In this document: positions 61,770 through 64,000 of the stretch, in pieces | How the letters are laid out: each line of letters opens with the position of its first letter | Numbering within the stretch: the first letter of the stretch is position 1 | DNA from: Candidatus Eiseniibacteriota bacterium | Lineage (GTDB): Bacteria > Eisenbacteria > RBG-16-71-46 > CAVPCR01 | Length of the DNA stretch: 64,000 nucleotides | NCBI GenBank assembly: GCA_963823555.1 | Contig: CAWGMA010000003.1 | Coordinates: 544,001-608,000, forward strand | Reading direction: 5' to 3' | The notes under the pieces: model-generated | The model's database searches: none | What the model saw: only the letters and a program-made list of their open reading frames with translations | Told to the model about the DNA's origin: nothing | Translations under genes and position numbers: made by a program

Positions 61770-62690
61770 TGTCAACTGTCGCCTGAAGGTAGCCACGTGA
61801 TTTCGCCTGATAGGGAGCCACGGGCACGGGTGTGCGGTGGTCCTTCGGTGTCCTTTCTCCCTACGCCGCCTTCCGAGCGACGGCTTCGCGTTCGTGCGCC
61901 CGGTAGCTCTTGCCGGTGATGGTGATGAGATGCGCTCGATGCGCCAGGCGATCGAGCGCGGCCGAGGCGAGCAGCGGGTTGTCGCCGAACGCCGCCGGCC
62001 ACTCGGTGTAATCGCGGTTGCTGGTGACCAGCACCGAGCCCCGTTCGTAGCGCCCGCTCGAGGAAGCGCACGTAGCGATGCACCGCCGAGTAGCTCCCCA
62101 GGAACCGATGCTCGTCCCTGAGCCGCTCGAAGATGGCGCGGGACTCCACCCCCTGCTCCCGATAGCTCCGGATCACGGCCTCGAACGGCGCCGCCTTGTA
62201 CCCTTGACGAGGCAAGGTCGGTGGAGGCAGGCTTGCCTTGAGCCGGCGGTCGAGTTCCTCGGGGCTCACCAGCGGCCCGGTGAGGAGATCCTCGGCCTCA
62301 GCCAGCTTGCGGTACTTGCCCACGGTCTTGCGGGCGATCCCGAGGTCGCGGGCGATCGCCCGGTCGGTCTCGCTGGCGCGCAGCCGGCGCACGAGTTCGC
62401 GTACGTCGAGTGTCATCAGTCTCCTTCCTGCCACGGGGCTACCCTCCCTGGTTTTAAGCCTCCAAGGAAGGCACCCCGTGTGCGGGAAGGACCACCGCAC
62501 CCCGCCACCCCGTCCCGCCGCCGGTCCTTCGCGCTCCGGGTCCGACTCGAGCCCCCGACTCCCCCCTGGCTCCCACCCCGCGAAAGCGGGTGGCAACCTA
62601 TCGGGCGAAAACAGATGGCTCCCTATGCGGCGAAATCGCCTGGCCCCCTATCCGCGAAATCCGTGGCTACCTATAGCGCGATTGCTGACA
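61770..62690 (-). mobile_element. Internally deleted IS21-family element (istA 5' end joined to istB 3' end)
   Basis: Ends TGTCAAC.../...GCTGACA with repeated TTTCGC-n-ATAGG-n-GCCA subterminal motifs; IstA N-terminus (RAIARDLGIARKTVGKY...GSYSAV) at about 62416-62055; IstB C-terminus (TSNR...W...LDRLAH...GKSYR) ending at 61861. Confidence 0.88.
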
Positions 62691-62905
62691 GCGTCGGGCC
62701 ATGAATTCCCCTCTGGCTACAGGATCATTGGGTCGGCCTTGGGCAGGAGCATACACGAGGGGACCGATTGTGCCACCGATCCCGGGAGAGCGCAGCATGG
62801 ACCGGCCAGCCTCGGGCTATCCCAGGTCTGGAGGGTACCAAGGGGGTCCGTCGACGGTACGACACTGCGTCGGCCGACGACTCCGCCAGATTCCGCGCGT
62901 GCGAG

Positions 62906-63454
62906 CTACCTTGCTCCTTGGGCCTTGATCTCGCCCCAGGTCGCGGGCTGCGCCGGGACCGGGCCGACGATGGTGAAGCAGGGGAACCAGGATTCGCAAT
63001 TCCAGTAGGCCGTGCGGGGAGCCCAAACTTCGCCTGATTGAGTGAGGGCGTACATATTCGTACCCTGTCCATCTCGCGGGGGGATCAGCGCTATGAACGA
63101 CGAGGATGCCGAGAATGAACAGGCCAACGTCCAGCTTGCGGGTTGTGGGTTGCCGGCATCAACCGGCATTCGCCACAACTCGCCGGAGGCGGTGAGAACG
63201 TAGAGCGCGTCACCGCCGGTAGATGAGACGAAGACAGCTGAGACAGCTTGGTCTTGCGTGCCAGGTCGTCCGCAGTAGATGAACTCCTCGCAGGCGACGC
63301 CGGGAGTCCGTGATACCCAGACGCCGCCATCATCGGTCAGGGCCAGAAAGAGGCCAGCTCCATAGGGGAATCGATCGAAGGACACGAAGTTCATGGCCAA
63401 GGCCGAGTTTGACAGGACGACTCCTAGCAGGATGAGCAGGGCGGCGTTCTTCAT
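62906..63454 (-). CDS. Hypothetical secreted beta-rich protein with C-terminal TWGEIK motif
   Basis: Signal peptide MKNAALLILLGVVLSNSALA; three LTxxG(G/E)(V/L)W repeats; ends QPATWGEIKAQGAR. Confidence 0.78.
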   Translation of the reverse strand: MKNAALLILLGVVLSNSALAMNFVSFDRFPYGAGLFLALTDDGGVWVSRTPGVACEEFIYCGRPGTQDQAVSAVFVSSTGGDALYVLTASGELWRMPVDAGNPQPASWTLACSFSASSSFIALIPPRDGQGTNMYALTQSGEVWAPRTAYWNCESWFPCFTIVGPVPAQPATWGEIKAQGAR

Positions 63455-63532
63455 GGCAAGGTCCCCGCGGTGAAGACAAGGGGTGGCAGCGAGACGACAG
63501 CAGGATTATAGCAGGTTTAGGCTCCCGTCTCC

Positions 63533-63741
63533 TCAGCACACCATCCCCCTGAGCCGCTCGAACATCTCCTGGTCGCTGACGTGGGTGCGACGGTCGTGAG
63601 CGGACTCGCGTGGCGGGCGAACCGCTGGGCGAGGAACAGGTCCCGGGTGGCCCGGTACGCGGCGGTCAAGTCGTTGTGGCGCAAGGCGTGGAACCCGTAG
63701 AGCCGCCCAAAGTCGGCGACGACCTGCCAGGCGCGGAAGAC
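63533..63741 (-). pseudogene. Tyrosine recombinase C-terminal fragment (copy 4), catalytic Tyr codon lost
   Basis: FHALRH...DLFLAQRFARHASPLTT and the same RLRGMVC end as copy 1; 4-nt deletion relative to copy 1 at the Tyr. Confidence 0.85.
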
Positions 63742-64000
63742 CGACGTTCTTTTGCTACTTCATCAAAAAGACGACGATCAGCAGGAATGTATAGACCACC
63801 GCGAATAGGATCGGGACGCCTGGAATAACATACTTGGAGTTTGCCAGCTTTCCCGGTATCGGCATTTCGGTTCGAGCCTCTTTTCGTTTGCTGAAAGGAC
63901 CGCCTGGCCCTTCAAAAGCTAGTGCTACCTCTTCTGCTTGCGTCACATGGCGATTGGCGCGGTGACCATATGCCACCCAGACCAAGCTAAGGAGAATGCC

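Noticed and set aside
54500..63750. Classical integron with attC cassettes
   Set aside because: The recombinase fragments are too short and lack the IntI-specific insertion; I found no RYYYAAC...GTTRRRY attC pairs flanking the cargo genes.
63755..64000. Minus-strand membrane-protein ORF at the window edge
   Set aside because: Probably the 3' end of a gene starting outside the window; too little sequence to assign.
33445..64000. attR as a duplicated tRNA-Asn 3' end
   Set aside because: No copy of GGTTCGAGTCCAGCCCGGGGAGCCA was found by eye; it may lie outside the window or not exist for a serine integrase.

Overview
GC-rich bacterial chromosome window in two halves. Positions 1-33.4 kb are core housekeeping DNA: 3' part of rpoB, rpoC, the str operon (rpsL-rpsG-fusA-tuf), the S10/spc/alpha ribosomal protein clusters through rplQ, a GHL10-like lipoprotein, an SDR/DUF2867 protein, two tandem outer-membrane beta-barrels and tRNA-Asn(GTT). 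rpoB, rpoC and secY carry many 1-nt indels, most likely uncorrected long-read errors. From tRNA-Asn to the window end is an accessory island. It opens with a prophage- or satellite-like element: DUF2924, large serine recombinase, sigma-70/ECF-like protein, primase-D5 helicase with inverted iterons, adenine MTase, ParB-like protein and a gpA-like terminase pair, with no portal, capsid or tail genes in the window. After it comes a mosaic of secreted cargo proteins (beta-helix, TolB-like, S8 protease; FlgD-like or short 'TWGxIK' C-termini). These are interleaved with an intact IS256, a deleted IS21, IS remnants, a group II intron 5' stub and four fragments of a minimal tyrosine recombinase. The most notable unexplained signals are (i) a duplicated, covarying RNA-switch-like leader in front of two operons of the element, (ii) five GGGGCAT motifs at an exact 32-bp period, (iii) the nested mini-recombinase/cargo units and (iv) a shared C-terminal (T/S)WGx(I/V)K motif. 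The C-terminal domain repertoire suggests an FCB-associated candidate phylum such as Eisenbacteria or Latescibacterota (inference only). All calls are by eye; no searches were run.
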